Source of the DNA: Cyanidioschyzon merolae
Lineage: Eukaryota
Reading direction: 5' to 3' (one strand)
Assembly (NCBI GenBank): GCA_000091205.1
Contig: AP006498.2
DNA length: 64,000 nt
The notes beneath the pieces were generated by a model that saw only the letters and a list, made by a program, of their open reading frames with translations, had not been told where the DNA came from and searched no databases. Each line of letters begins with the position of its first letter. Within the stretch, counting starts at the first letter, position 1. A program made the translations under genes and the position numbers. This document shows positions 22,185 to 33,719 of this stretch, piece by piece.

Positions 22185-25100
22185 TCAAGCGTCAGTGTTC
22201 TCTAGGGCGCTGACTTTGGCACGCGCCATATCGATGACAGGGTGCGGGAATCCAGCCATTTCAGCAATATGGATACCAAAGGATCTTTCGCTCGGTCCCG
22301 GGCGTAGTTCATAGAGAAAGACAAGGCTGGCAGCGGGAGTGCCTCTGCCGCGGTCATTGATTTCGCTGTCGTCGTTGTCGCGATGCACCTGAGCGACGGC
22401 GACATGGGCGTTCAGCATCCGATGGCTCCAGGCTCCTTGGGCAAGCTTGGTAAGCTCATGAAAGTGGGTCGCGAAGAGCGTCCATGAAGCGCGCGACGCC
22501 AGCGCTTCACACAAGGCGGCAGCGAGGCCGAAGCCCTCAGCTGTGCTCGTTCCGCGTCCAAGCTCGTCGACCAGAACCAGACTGGACGATGTGGCGTGCC
22601 GAAGAATGGTCGACATGTCGAGCATCTCGGCCATGAAGGTACTGATGCCGCGGGTTTGCATATCGCCAGCACCGACACGCACCAAGATCCGGTCAACTAC
22701 GGGTAACGAGGCAGCGTCGGCGGCCACGAAACAACCGCAGTGAGCCATGAGCACGGCGAGTCCGACCGAGCGCAGCGTTACCGATTTGCCGCCCATATTG
22801 GGGCCGGTAATCAGGAGCAGACGCCTCGGATGGGTGAGCACCACATCATTGGCGACAAAAGTGTGCTCGCCTTGGAGCGCGAGTTCCACCAGGGGATGGC
22901 GGAGGCCTCGCAAAATGACGCCGCTGCTTTCGTGCGCTTCGAATTCGTCCGATTCAACTAGTCGCGGGCGACAGAACTGACGCTCCGCTGATATCATCGC
23001 AAATGCGACGAGCATGTCCAGAAGCGCAAGGACGTGGCCGAGAACCTCGAGCATGGACGCATATTTGGCAAAGTGTCCAAACACTTGCGCCAATGTGGAG
23101 CGCTGCACCGCCACATAGCGTTGCTCCGCGGCGGTGTACGCGCTACTCCAGCGCCGAAGAGCGCTCGTTGTGAACCGAACACCGTCCTTGCGCGTTTCAA
23201 GGACGGTAATGGATTCTTTGCCGCGAATGCAAACTTCATCCTTGCGCGTCACCCGAAAGCAGAATCCGAGTCCGTCTTTGCGCTCTAGTTTGAGCCAGTC
23301 ACCGCCAGATCCACGCACGCCGTCATCTTGCTGGAGCGCTGCTATCGTCTGCTGATACGTCCGATTCATTTCTTCAAGACAAGTGTCCATTTCCCCACGG
23401 ATCTGGGTCATCTCAGTGCTCATGCTCGGTCGCAGCAAGTACTCGTGGTTTGTAATGCGCTCCAAATCGATGAAACGCTCCACATCTTCGATAAATTCCT
23501 GAGCTGCTGGTGCAACTGCCGCCAATCGATCAGCAATATCGCTCCGAAGCACTTGACAACACCGGGGACGGGTCTCTGTGTGCGCCAGCAACAGATCTTC
23601 CAGTTCCGAGCGCAAGGCCGGCAGTCTCACCAGGCTCTGATAGAGGCGCACCAGTTGTCGCAGCGATGTTTTGTCTCGCGCAAGTCGCCGCGCTATGGTG
23701 ATGAGATCCGCGAATCCTTTCAGATGATAATCAGCGAGTCGCTGTCGCGCGATAACATCATGGACCAGGAGCTCCACCAGATCGAGCCGTCGTTCGATGG
23801 CTTCGCGGTTACCCAGCGGTTCAATCAGGGCAGTTCGCAGCAGTCGCGAGCCCATCGGTGTTCGACACCGGTCAAGCAGGCACCAGAGGGAGCCCGGTGG
23901 AGGACTCGACGGCGATGCCGGACCGGTTTCATCGCCCCAAAGCACATGGAGTGCCTTCAAGGCAGCAGCGTCGAGCTGGAGATTCTGTCTCCAAGCGAGC
24001 TGCTCAATGCGGTAGCGACCCCGTTCACCAACGCGCTGACCCAAATCAAGAAACCTGACGCACATGTGCGCGCAATCTGTTGCTAGTTTCATCGAGAACA
24101 TCTCATCAAGCGTTAGTGCCTCGGGTCGCCAAGCGTCATCGTCACGTTGGCATGAGTCGGGAGTTTCGGATTCAGCAACAAGCCACCGAAGGTCGTGCTC
24201 GGCGCCTAGGCCTCCACGGCGCACTGGGCGGAGCATGGCGCGAGCGATGCCGCCAATCCGTTCGAGGGCAGCGTCCAACTGGTGAAGTTCATATTCGGCA
24301 AGATCGCCGTCTTGGAGGACAAGCTCTCGTGCTCCGCTCCGCACCAGAGCCCGCTCTATCCAGTCAGTTAGCAGAAAGGCTTCACCAGAGGCGTCCTCCT
24401 GGCACTCGATCACCCGAAAAAGCCCCGCATGCGGAATGCAGTGGCAAGCGGCGACCATACGGCAGTGGCGGTGCCCAGTGTTGCTCTGTTCACCTGTGGC
24501 TCTCGTACGTACAGCGAGCACGCCGGCCGTTTCACCAACAAGCGCGATGCCTTCGGCATCTACGACACTGTCGCCATCAGCGAGTCCGGAGCTGTCCTGG
24601 GCTCGCGTGTTTCCCGGTAGATAGCTTGTGAGCGGACCTACTCTAGCCGGACTGCCAGCCGCTGCGAGAAACCACTTATTCGCAATTTGTAGCGGAAATC
24701 CGAAACCGCGTGCTTCACTTGTACTCGCGCTTCCCAACCGGCTCCCTGCGGCGTAAACTGCGACGGCCTTGCCAGCCTCCAGTCCGGCCAGAACCCAGGT
24801 TGCTAGTGTCGCATTCGTGCTAGCTCGCACCCGAGCCAGGTACCATTCCAGCACCCGCTGCTGCGCTTGACACGTCACCGAAACTCGAACGCTCTCAGTT
24901 TGCAGCTGCGTAGAAAGCAGCCCGGCATCGCCGCTCAGCAACCAGAAACCAGCGGATGTCGACGCGAACTGGAGCACAAGCAGCACCGTGGAAGGATCGT
25001 ACGCAACCGCGGCATCCGCCTCCAGTTGTGACTCGAACCACTCTCGTCCAAATTTATCCACCCCAGAAACACCTCCAAAGACCTGAACGAGGGCATCAGA

Positions 25101-25250
25101 GCCGTGCGCTCCCTGTACGTGAACCATCGCTGCTAGAAGCAGGTGCACTTGTGCGAAGCTCGCGGACTCGGTTGGCGCCAAATGAAAATCCTGCGTGCTG
25201 CTGCGCAGCGTCTTAGATATATTGGTACAAACTCGACCACAGCCCCGCAT
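22185..25250 (-). CDS. MSH2: DNA mismatch repair protein MutS homologue, MSH2-type, 1021 aa
   Basis: The ABC ATPase region '[29 protein letters not shown]...[61 protein letters not shown]...[13 protein letters not shown]' is near-colinear with MSH2 ([15 protein letters not shown]...[36 protein letters not shown]...[18 protein letters not shown]...[12 protein letters not shown]). Upstream MutS domains II-IV are also recognisable ('[18 protein letters not shown]', '[12 protein letters not shown]'). Confidence 0.85.
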   Translation of the reverse strand: [1021 protein letters not shown]

Positions 25251-25277
25251 GCGGCAACAGCGCTGCAGCGAATCCCC

Positions 25278-25706
25278 TTTTGGGTGACAGGCGCATGGAA
25301 GACTGCAGTGCTCGTTAGGTTTCTGGATTTCTATTCTTTCCGAACTTTAGAAATGTACAGTATCGAAAAGCAGGAATGCGAGCTTACGGATCCGCGAGTC
25401 ATTCAAGAATTTGCGCTCGTCTGCTCCAAGTGACTCCTGCGACACCCTGCCGCCCGAATGTGTGACGTCACTGGGAATCCAGATGACTCGCGACACCTAC
25501 CAGCGAGGACTGATTCCTAAAATTAAAGACATGTTGAGCCACGATGGATACGTACGGGTTCCTGCTGCTCGTTCTTACGAAGAAAATGCCAATGGCAAGC
25601 GAGCCTCACGCGACAAATCCGTCTGGTGGAGGCCGTGGGTCAGCGATCGCCGCCAACGTCGAATTCGGGTCTTGAACGCTGCCAGCAACATCCACCAACT
25701 GCTGAC
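25278..25706. repeat. Copy 2 of the 427-bp dispersed direct repeat
   Basis: Same sequence as 20650..21076. It begins 28 bp upstream of the MSH2 ATG at 25250 (minus strand). Confidence 0.95.
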
Positions 25707-26407
25707 AACGGAAATGGAAGGACAGTCGAGACCAGCGTATTTAAAGCCAGAGATGGGAGACAGGCTAAGGAAATCGTCGCAGAAAAATTCCACAGTGACA
25801 GGGGCCGTTTACAAAAGGAAGAGTCCCAAAATATACCGCTTGCACCCGATCCAGCGGCTTGACTCCGTTCGGTTGGAAGCTGGCACCGGCGTAAGATCGT
25901 CGGTAACGCGTAGAGTCCCAGACATACGGGTACGACCTACGCAATGGATCCGCGTACGGAACGAACGCTTTCTTAGAGTGCAGAATCCTTGACATCAGGC
26001 TCGGATTTCCGGTCGTGCGCTGGTCTTCCACGTCCGAGGAGGTTTCTATCACGCAGCACCGCACCTGCGAATTCCCGTAGCCACGACCCATTCTTCCGTA
26101 TGGGGATAATGGTTCGTTCATACGATCCGACAGATACCAAGCGTGCATTGTGCATCTTCTGTAACGCCTAAAATGCTGCTGCGTACACTGCACGGAAAAA
26201 GGACGCGTTCGTCACACTCCTGAACGCTCGTCGAGTCGAGACAGCGTTGCTGAGCCCGCACCCGCAGACGCGATCTTGGTGATCTATTGCCATTGGCCCA
26301 CAGTGCTGCATTGGCATTGCGAGAAACGCTGAGAACTACCCCTGCTGGAAGGACGCGCACGTTTCGAGTTAGTATGCCAGATTAGGAGTCCCGGGGGTAG
26401 AGGCTCG

Positions 26408-27469
26408 ATGCAGCTGTGGCTCGCTGACGCTGTCGCTCGCGCAGTCGTGCACGCTCGTGCAAAGGGTGCCATTTTCGGCATTGAAACGACTTCCACTGTA
26501 GTGCTCGATCACGGAATTCCATTTCTTGTGCGCATCGTGTCGAGCTTACGTGACAAACCGGTTAACGAACAAGGAGAAAGCGCTGCTAGTTCTGAAGAAC
26601 CCCCGGGACCTGTAGATGCGGCGGACGGAGCGTTAGGGCTGGCCGAGCGTGCAGCCACTTCGCACGTGGAGCTAGGCGTGTTTCCGGACCCGTTCCTGCC
26701 CTATGAAGAAGACCTGTACGTGGGCGATGTGCCACCTGCGCACGTCTGCCTGTTAAACAAGTTTAACGTTGTAGAAGGGCACCTACTCGTCGTGACCCGT
26801 GCCTTCCGGGAACAAACGCACCTGCTGGACAGCGGTGACTGCACGGCAATCTGGCACTGTCTGCGCCAGTATCCGGGCCTAGGTTTCTACAACTCCGGTA
26901 AAGTGGCCGGCGCTTCTCAGCGTCACAAGCACTTACAGCTCATACCCGTAGCTGGTGTGGAGGCTGTGCCTATTCACGAGAAAGTGGAAGAAGCGGCACG
27001 TTCCCGCGAGGAGCAGACCGGATGTTTTGTGGTACCCGCGCTGCCCTTCAAACATGCGATCATTGGCATGCACGATCTCTACTCAGAGTCTAAATCGGAT
27101 GCGGAAATCGGGGCAGCCATGCATTCCCGTTACATGCAGCTGCTGCACTTCACAATCGAGGAACTCGGTGTACCCGCTTCATCATGGATGGCGTGGGAGG
27201 CTCGGTCGCATCACCCGCCAGCGTCTGCAGTAGGCCATCCGGCAAACGACAGTGAAACGGCGCATCCGTTCCCGTATAACCTTCTCTTGACCAGCAACTG
27301 GATGATGTTGGTGCCTCGACGTCACGAAAAGTTTCTAGGAGATATAAGCGTGAATGCGTTGGGGTTTGCGGGGTTTCTTCTAGCGAAAAATGAGTCACAG
27401 AGGGATCTCATTGTGAAGCACGGCCCCTTGAAGGTCCTGGCGCAAGTGGGGATTCCCTGGAACCACTGA
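26408..27469 (+). CDS. ATP adenylyltransferase / diadenosine tetraphosphate (Ap4A) phosphorylase-like protein, 353 aa
   Basis: 'NKFNVVEGHLLVVTRAFREQTHLLD' followed by 'GASQRHKHLQLIP' (HxHxQ-type nucleotidyl-transfer motif). This resembles the Apa1/Apa2 family, recalled from memory only. Confidence 0.55.
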   Translation: MQLWLADAVARAVVHARAKGAIFGIETTSTVVLDHGIPFLVRIVSSLRDKPVNEQGESAASSEEPPGPVDAADGALGLAERAATSHVELGVFPDPFLPYEEDLYVGDVPPAHVCLLNKFNVVEGHLLVVTRAFREQTHLLDSGDCTAIWHCLRQYPGLGFYNSGKVAGASQRHKHLQLIPVAGVEAVPIHEKVEEAARSREEQTGCFVVPALPFKHAIIGMHDLYSESKSDAEIGAAMHSRYMQLLHFTIEELGVPASSWMAWEARSHHPPASAVGHPANDSETAHPFPYNLLLTSNWMMLVPRRHEKFLGDISVNALGFAGFLLAKNESQRDLIVKHGPLKVLAQVGIPWNH

Positions 27470-29099
27470 GGATCGGACAGGGCCGTCTTCGTGCGAATTG
27501 GATGTTTTTGCATTATGCTATATGGAGCAGTTGTTTCCAGCAGCGGTAGATGGATACTGTCCTTAAGTGAGGACTGTGTGAAGGGTTTTGCACCCATCAT
27601 AGTTTCCTAACGCTAGATGCAGTTGAGCGTAATCGCACGGAAACGGTTGCGAACGCAGCAGAACGAGTCCTATGTAGTTTACAATAAAACGCCTGGGATA
27701 TCGCATCTCGACAACGACGGCAGGTGCGCCATACAACAGACATTGCTCGCTATCGTCATTGGACCTCGATACACGCAGTCATATCGAATAAAAGAACATC
27801 ATTTTTGTTCAGCAAATTCCCAGGAAAATCGTTCTTGGTGGGTAGATACGGTGCGCAGACCTGGCTCGGTTGCTGATCTGCAGCGTACCAGAGCCTTGTG
27901 TCAGGCGAGAATCCGATGCCGTCATTTCTGGCTACCGTTTTTGTCTCATCGCAAGCCGTCAGCGTTTTACTCCAATGGCCACAATGAGTTCTCAGCCATT
28001 CCACTGGTAGTTCGCTCGACACAAAGCCGCTGGATGCTCTGGCAAAGCAATCGATGCTCCCGGATTTTGATCGAGGCTTTCAGGTCTTTGTGCATCAAGT
28101 GTTTTTGCGCATGATTGCTGGTGGAATCGTACCGCGGCAAGCCCTGTATCTGCAAATGCCTCGCTGAGGCATGTTCGGTCAGCTTTGCGCACACTCTCCA
28201 GCGCTTCCGGCTCTATTGCATGCGCTTCTTGTCTGCGCATTTCAGGGTGCAGGCGTGCTCGAGATGTACATATTGTTTTCCAAACGCATCGATGGGCATC
28301 GTCCAAAATCGATGCCAGTACTCGGTTTACGCCGTCGTCGAAGGAGCCGGAGCGAAGCCTATGCGCGCTACAGCATGTCCGGTGCGATACGCGATCACCA
28401 GATAACGCGACTTGTCGACGGTTCCCGTTTCCAGCTCAGAGAACAAGTTGTTGAATGCCCGCTTCTCGTCTTTGACCTATTGAAAGTATTGGCGAAAGCG
28501 GCGCGGCTTCATATATTCCTGCCAAATATCGTCTGCAGGAGCCGTTCGGACCCCGATGCACGCTCTTTATGAAGCGTCCAAATCGTTTCGCCACTCAATA
28601 CGGAGCTCTGAGCGTCGCGATGGCTCCCAACATGGTCATTCCGTGCCATGGTATCGCAGCTGGCGTCCGGCAAGCACGACTCGTGGAAATCACGAGTCGT
28701 TTAGAAGCTGAGCAGCATGATCTGATTTCCGTCTAGGTCTCCAGTGACGTCCTCTTGATGGAGAGGTACGGCAACGGCCGTGATTTCCTTGAACCCCCAG
28801 TCGACGCTCGGTAGAAACGCATTCCCGCCATTTCTATGGAAGGCTTGAAAAAGATTCTCGTTTCTCGACGTACGCCTAGGTTTCATCCTGTGCATGCAGA
28901 TTGACAGACAATCTGTTTCTGTCGTGCCTGCTTACATCTTCCCACTTGCTCCCTGCAAACGTGAAACCTTGAACGAGCTCCGCCAACATTCTTCGTAAAT
29001 TTCACCGAATTTTTCGTTGTTGATCGAAGCGATCAGTTACTTTACCTCCTCGTCTACCTGGCGACGCTGCATGGTTGTGACCTTTGTTGTGTATATCCC

Positions 29100-29990
29100 G
29101 TTTATCTTTTGGATTTAGACACACTTGATCGACGATAACACTGAAACGTGTCACTTCTATCTATGTACACACTAATCCTCTGGTAACATGTCGTCAGCGT
29201 TTCCGTCGCGGGCACGTCAACCGACCGGGGCTCGCCTTTGCAGCCCTCACGAGCAGGGGCACAACAGCGACAGAGCAGTTCGGAATTGCTGAAGTTAAAG
29301 AGCGACTTGTGGAAGAACTGCGGTCTCACGTATGCGAGCGACTCGTCTATTCATCCGTGAGCATGTAAATTGGCTTTTGACTACACACAAGATGCTTTCG
29401 ACTGGATTCAACCTCGGAGAATAGGCTGGCACGAAGAGCAGCTCAACGCCAATCCCAGCAACGTGCTGTTTGACAGATTTTTCGTGAACGAAAGCGAGTT
29501 TATCCAAGACATCGATAGAAGAATGTGAAACGTCGGAGTCAAGAAGAGTCATTGGACACCGGATGCGCTGTTGAACGATCCGGTGTGCTTAGCGATTTGC
29601 AGGCGACCAAAATGCAGCATCGCTGCTTCGACGGACGTTCTCGTCATTTTCGCGTGTCTACGGTTTACGGACAGCGTTTTGTCCGACTTTGAGTACCCAC
29701 ACGCAGACCGACCATTTCCTCCGAATGACTTGTCATTCAGTGAGATTTGCACCAGTTTCTCCTGTAAAAACCTTTCGCGATTCACTGCGGAATCGATACT
29801 TGTATTGTATTCAATCACACATGACAGTCTCCCAGGGAAGCGTACCTGTCTCTTTGTCTATCTGTGCTTCTTCATCATCGCTCATAGCCAAGGTATGGAA
29901 GCTTTTCATTACTTGGCTTCGTTGGTGGAGTTTCTCACCGGACACACGGGGTGGAATGGTCTCACACGGAGGCTGGCACGTAGCTAGCGT
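29100..29990 (-). mobile_element. Degenerate Tc1/mariner-like DDE transposase relic (copy A), frameshifted
   Basis: ORF 29295..29552 (-) has 'GIGVELLFVPAYSPRLNPVE', the hallmark LxxPPYSPDLNPIE catalytic-region motif. The upstream ORF 29549..29818 (-) has an HTH-like 'CGYSKSDK' segment. Stops and frameshifts break the reading frame. Confidence 0.5.
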
Positions 29991-31163
29991 TAGCTCGGCT
30001 CCGTTTTGTGGGCACGAAGTTCAAATTAAGGACGACGAGAAGCCCTGTTCATCCGCCGGCTGTCTTTAGGATGACTGGATTGTATAAGAGACGTCGAGTT
30101 TCCGACGCCAGCGATGGCAGCATAAAAGCTGTCTGAGATCTTTCTTCAGTCCATAAGGTCCAGTTTTTTGTTAAATCATTACGAAAAAACTAGTAGAACA
30201 CAAAGGATGAGCAGATCCAGGCAATCCAGACGTTACTGCCTTCCATGCAGAGATGTTCGAGGCGATACCAGCGCGTTTTTGGCGTGCCCTCCCGTTATAT
30301 CGGAACGCAGAATATCTCGATTTCCATGACTCCGACATAGAGTCCCGAATGTGGCTTCGGCTTGCCACAAAAGAGCCGGGAGCGTTCCTGCATATGCGCC
30401 TATGACTAGCTGACAGGCTCACCGTCACTAGAGCTGAGCAGCTCCGCGTCGCTGCACGCTCCTGCTCACGCTGGGTGCACGAGTCGCCTCCTGGCCCCCA
30501 GCGACTGCAGTACCTGCGAGCGAAGCTTGCAAACGTCTGAAGCGATGTGCAAAGTGCGGCAAACAATCCGCACGCAGCAAGTTGTATGGTCACGTTGTGC
30601 GCTTCACGCACCATGAACGTCCACGAAACTCAAGGGCCGCCTCGCTCTTTCGTGTAGTCCGTGGGACACACCAACTGGCGCAGCGCTTTCACCCCGTCCC
30701 TCTGTCGTGTTCCTAATTCGAACGCGTGCAATCCTTATCAAACCCTCTCTCCAGAGGTGATCTCCGTAGAGAACGATGAGCATGCAACTATGCGTCAGGA
30801 AGAATACCTGCGACAGGTTCCCCACGTTCTTGCGTACGAAACAGATACCCCAGTAACAGGGCAAGGCAGAAGACGTGCCTGAGGGCCAACACTCGCACAG
30901 GCCTCTTCCGCTAGAACATCGAAATTTGGCCGCACTTTTCACACACAGACAACATTCTCGCAATAAAAACTGGTGTTACCGGTCCATTTTCATGCAACGC
31001 GGCCTCGTGTCTGGTTGTGAGCGCACCAGCTTGCCCAGCACCTCAGCGCCTACGCAATGCAGCAGAGGACCACCGCCGCTCCCCGAGAACGGTTGCGCGT
31101 ACCGGCGACGTGCCGCTGCAGTCGCTCAACTCGCGCTGGGAACAGAGCGCTTAAACAACTTGC

Positions 31164-33218
31164 ATGGCGGACTGGATCAGCAGTGGCGAGAGTTCCGAGA
31201 GCGAAGCGGAGATCAACACCATCGGAAACGTTCCTCTTCGCTGGTACGACGGCTACGAGCACATCGGTTATACCCGCGACGGGGAACCGCTCCGACGCCG
31301 TTACCCAGCGAACGCTTTGCAACAGCTTATAGCAGCTGGAGATGATCCCGAAAACTGGCGCAAACTCTATGACGAGAAAAACGATCGGGAGATCGAACTC
31401 ACAGATGAAGATGTCAAGTTGCTCGTACAGTACAAACAGCGCCTGCTATCGTCGCTGAGCGGTGACGAGGAAATCATAGCCTGGGCGCCTCGCCAGGTGC
31501 TTCCTCTGCACCAGTCCGAGGAACCCAAACGCAGATTTCTTCCGTCGAAACATGAAGCTGCACGCATTCGCAAGATCATTCGAGGACTTGAAGAGGGTCG
31601 CATCGTACCTCTCTCGCAGCGGTACCAGCAGCGAGCACAGCAGCATGCACGCTGGCGATATCCCCAGGTGGACGTATGGACCGAGGACGACGATAGCGCA
31701 TCGGATACCCTGGAACGTAAGCAGAGTCGCGCGGCTCGGGCACGTGCTCGCTCCTATGTCGCTGCACCAAAGCTTGCGCCCCCCGGACACATCGAGTCGT
31801 ATAACCCACCGGACGAAGCGTTACCCACACCCGAGGAACGCGACGCCTGGGAACGAGCAGCACCCGAAGATCGGCTGTTGCCGTACCTCCCGCAGCGATT
31901 CTCCTCGCTTCGTGCTGTGCCAGCGTACAAAGCGTATGTTGAAGAGCGCTACAAGCGCTGCTTGGACCTGTATCTCTGCCCGCGAGTCCTGCGACGTCGC
32001 ATGCAGACGCATGACCCAACGTCTTTATTGCCAGAGCTACCAGATCCTTCGGAGCTTGCACCATTCCCTGCACGTCTTTCGATGACATATTCAGATGGGA
32101 GTCAGCAATCTGCCGCTGCCCTTCGGTGTGTAGCCGTGCATCCGCAACTGGGCCACTGGTTAGCAACCGGCTCTGATGATGGCCTGGTTCGAGTTTTCGA
32201 TGTCATTACCGGTGCTTTGGTATGTCGTTTGGACATGTGCGCCAGGCATTCAGGAAGCGCACCAGACCTGGCGAAAACAGCGCGCGACCCCGTGGTATCC
32301 CTGGTTTGGCTGCACGCACTCGAGCCGAGCGTACAGGAGATGCTCCTGCTGGTTGCCGTCGGACGTTGTATCTACATCCTCCGCGTCTATCCGTTGATCA
32401 TGGGACAACGAGCCACAGGTGCGCGCGGAGACGATCCTGTGCAAACGCCGGAGTCGGCGGTGCCGCAGCGGGCGCCATCCACCTTGCCGCTTCCCGCTGA
32501 TGTACAGTGGCGGGAGCTCAACGACGAGGATTGCGGGGCGCTGCCACGTGGCACGCTCCTTATCGAGCACGGCAAGCGAATTCGACACGTAGCAGTACAT
32601 GCACGTTCCGATTATATCGCTGTTGTGGGCAGCGATAGCAACGGCAGCACAGTCTACGTTCATCAGTTGTCGCGACGGCATTCACAGACACCGTTTCGGA
32701 AGCACATTGCGGATGTTCAGTGCACCGCTTTCCATCCGAGTCGACCGTTTTTCTTTGTGGCAACGATGCAGCATATTCGGGTGTACTCGCTGGCAACAAG
32801 AAGCATCGTTCAGAAGCTTACACCTCGTGTTCGGTGGCTCTCAACGTTGGATATTCATCCTGGAGGCGATAACGTGCTCTGCGGGAGCTACGATAAGCGA
32901 CTCTGTTGGTTCGATCTGGATTACGGCGAGAAACCTTATCGCGTTATTCGCAACCATTCCATGGCGGTTCGCAAAGTCTGCTTTCATCCGAGACTGCCGT
33001 TGTTCGCCTCAGCTGGCGACGACGGCACCGTGCACGTCTTTCATGCTACCGTCTACGATGATCTCGGGAAGGACCCGTTGCTGGTTCCGTTGCGGATCCT
33101 GCACGGACACCAGGTCAGCCAACGACTCGGCGTCTTCGATATCGCCTTCCACCCGCGTCTTCCGTGGTTGTTCAGTGTAGGTGCAGACGGAGCATGCCAC
33201 CTCTGGACGGAGGTTTGA
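31164..33218 (+). CDS. BOP1: Ribosome biogenesis protein BOP1/Erb1 (WD40 repeat), 684 aa
   Basis: BOP1 N-terminal domain 'NTIGNVPLRWYDGYEHIGYTRDGEPL' followed by WD repeats ('GSDDGLVRVFD', 'SAGDDGTVHVFHA', 'GADGACHLW'). Confidence 0.9.
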   Translation: MADWISSGESSESEAEINTIGNVPLRWYDGYEHIGYTRDGEPLRRRYPANALQQLIAAGDDPENWRKLYDEKNDREIELTDEDVKLLVQYKQRLLSSLSGDEEIIAWAPRQVLPLHQSEEPKRRFLPSKHEAARIRKIIRGLEEGRIVPLSQRYQQRAQQHARWRYPQVDVWTEDDDSASDTLERKQSRAARARARSYVAAPKLAPPGHIESYNPPDEALPTPEERDAWERAAPEDRLLPYLPQRFSSLRAVPAYKAYVEERYKRCLDLYLCPRVLRRRMQTHDPTSLLPELPDPSELAPFPARLSMTYSDGSQQSAAALRCVAVHPQLGHWLATGSDDGLVRVFDVITGALVCRLDMCARHSGSAPDLAKTARDPVVSLVWLHALEPSVQEMLLLVAVGRCIYILRVYPLIMGQRATGARGDDPVQTPESAVPQRAPSTLPLPADVQWRELNDEDCGALPRGTLLIEHGKRIRHVAVHARSDYIAVVGSDSNGSTVYVHQLSRRHSQTPFRKHIADVQCTAFHPSRPFFFVATMQHIRVYSLATRSIVQKLTPRVRWLSTLDIHPGGDNVLCGSYDKRLCWFDLDYGEKPYRVIRNHSMAVRKVCFHPRLPLFASAGDDGTVHVFHATVYDDLGKDPLLVPLRILHGHQVSQRLGVFDIAFHPRLPWLFSVGADGACHLWTEV

Positions 33219-33719
33219 GCGTCGTGCACATGTGGTTAAACGTTGAGCGGGTCTCGTGTGGCTAGTAGGTGCTGGTGTCCTGCCCATGGAACACGCGCGG
33301 GGACCGGGACACACCAAGAACGATTGCGACCTAATCACCAATTCCTGGACGCAATGGAAACCTGCGAAACGAATACCCGAGAGTCGTGACGACCCTGGTG
33401 TCAGCGTCTACGGTGAAAGCAGCAACCACTCGAAGCGAGCCGAACTTGACTTGGACACAACACCTTGGAGGCGTCGCGTTAACGGGAACGATCGATTTGT
33501 TTCCAAGTGCTTTTGAGCCTTCAGCTCACGTTTGTTTCACCCTTGATGTGGTGTAGAGCGGGTGATCGACGTCACGATGCAATGTGACTTTAACATCGTG
33601 GACGCATGGAGTGTAGGATATATATTCCTTAATGAAGAGGGCACGGGGGACTGCATTCCTCCTTGAGTTCAGTCACACTGGAGTGCTCTGATGGCTGAGG
33701 AACACTGAAAAAACAAGTA

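Noticed and set aside
22185-25250. MutS homologue as meiosis-specific MSH4/MSH5
   Set aside because: The ATPase block and upstream domains align far better with MSH2 (e.g. [26 protein letters not shown] vs [26 protein letters not shown]) than with MSH4 or MSH5.
20650-25706. Reading the 427-bp direct repeats as LTRs of an intact LTR retrotransposon
   Set aside because: The TG…CA termini fit, but the 4.2-kb interior encodes a bona fide MSH2, not gag/pol. I found no primer-binding site, polypurine tract or target-site duplication. It is kept only as one alternative hypothesis in the findings.
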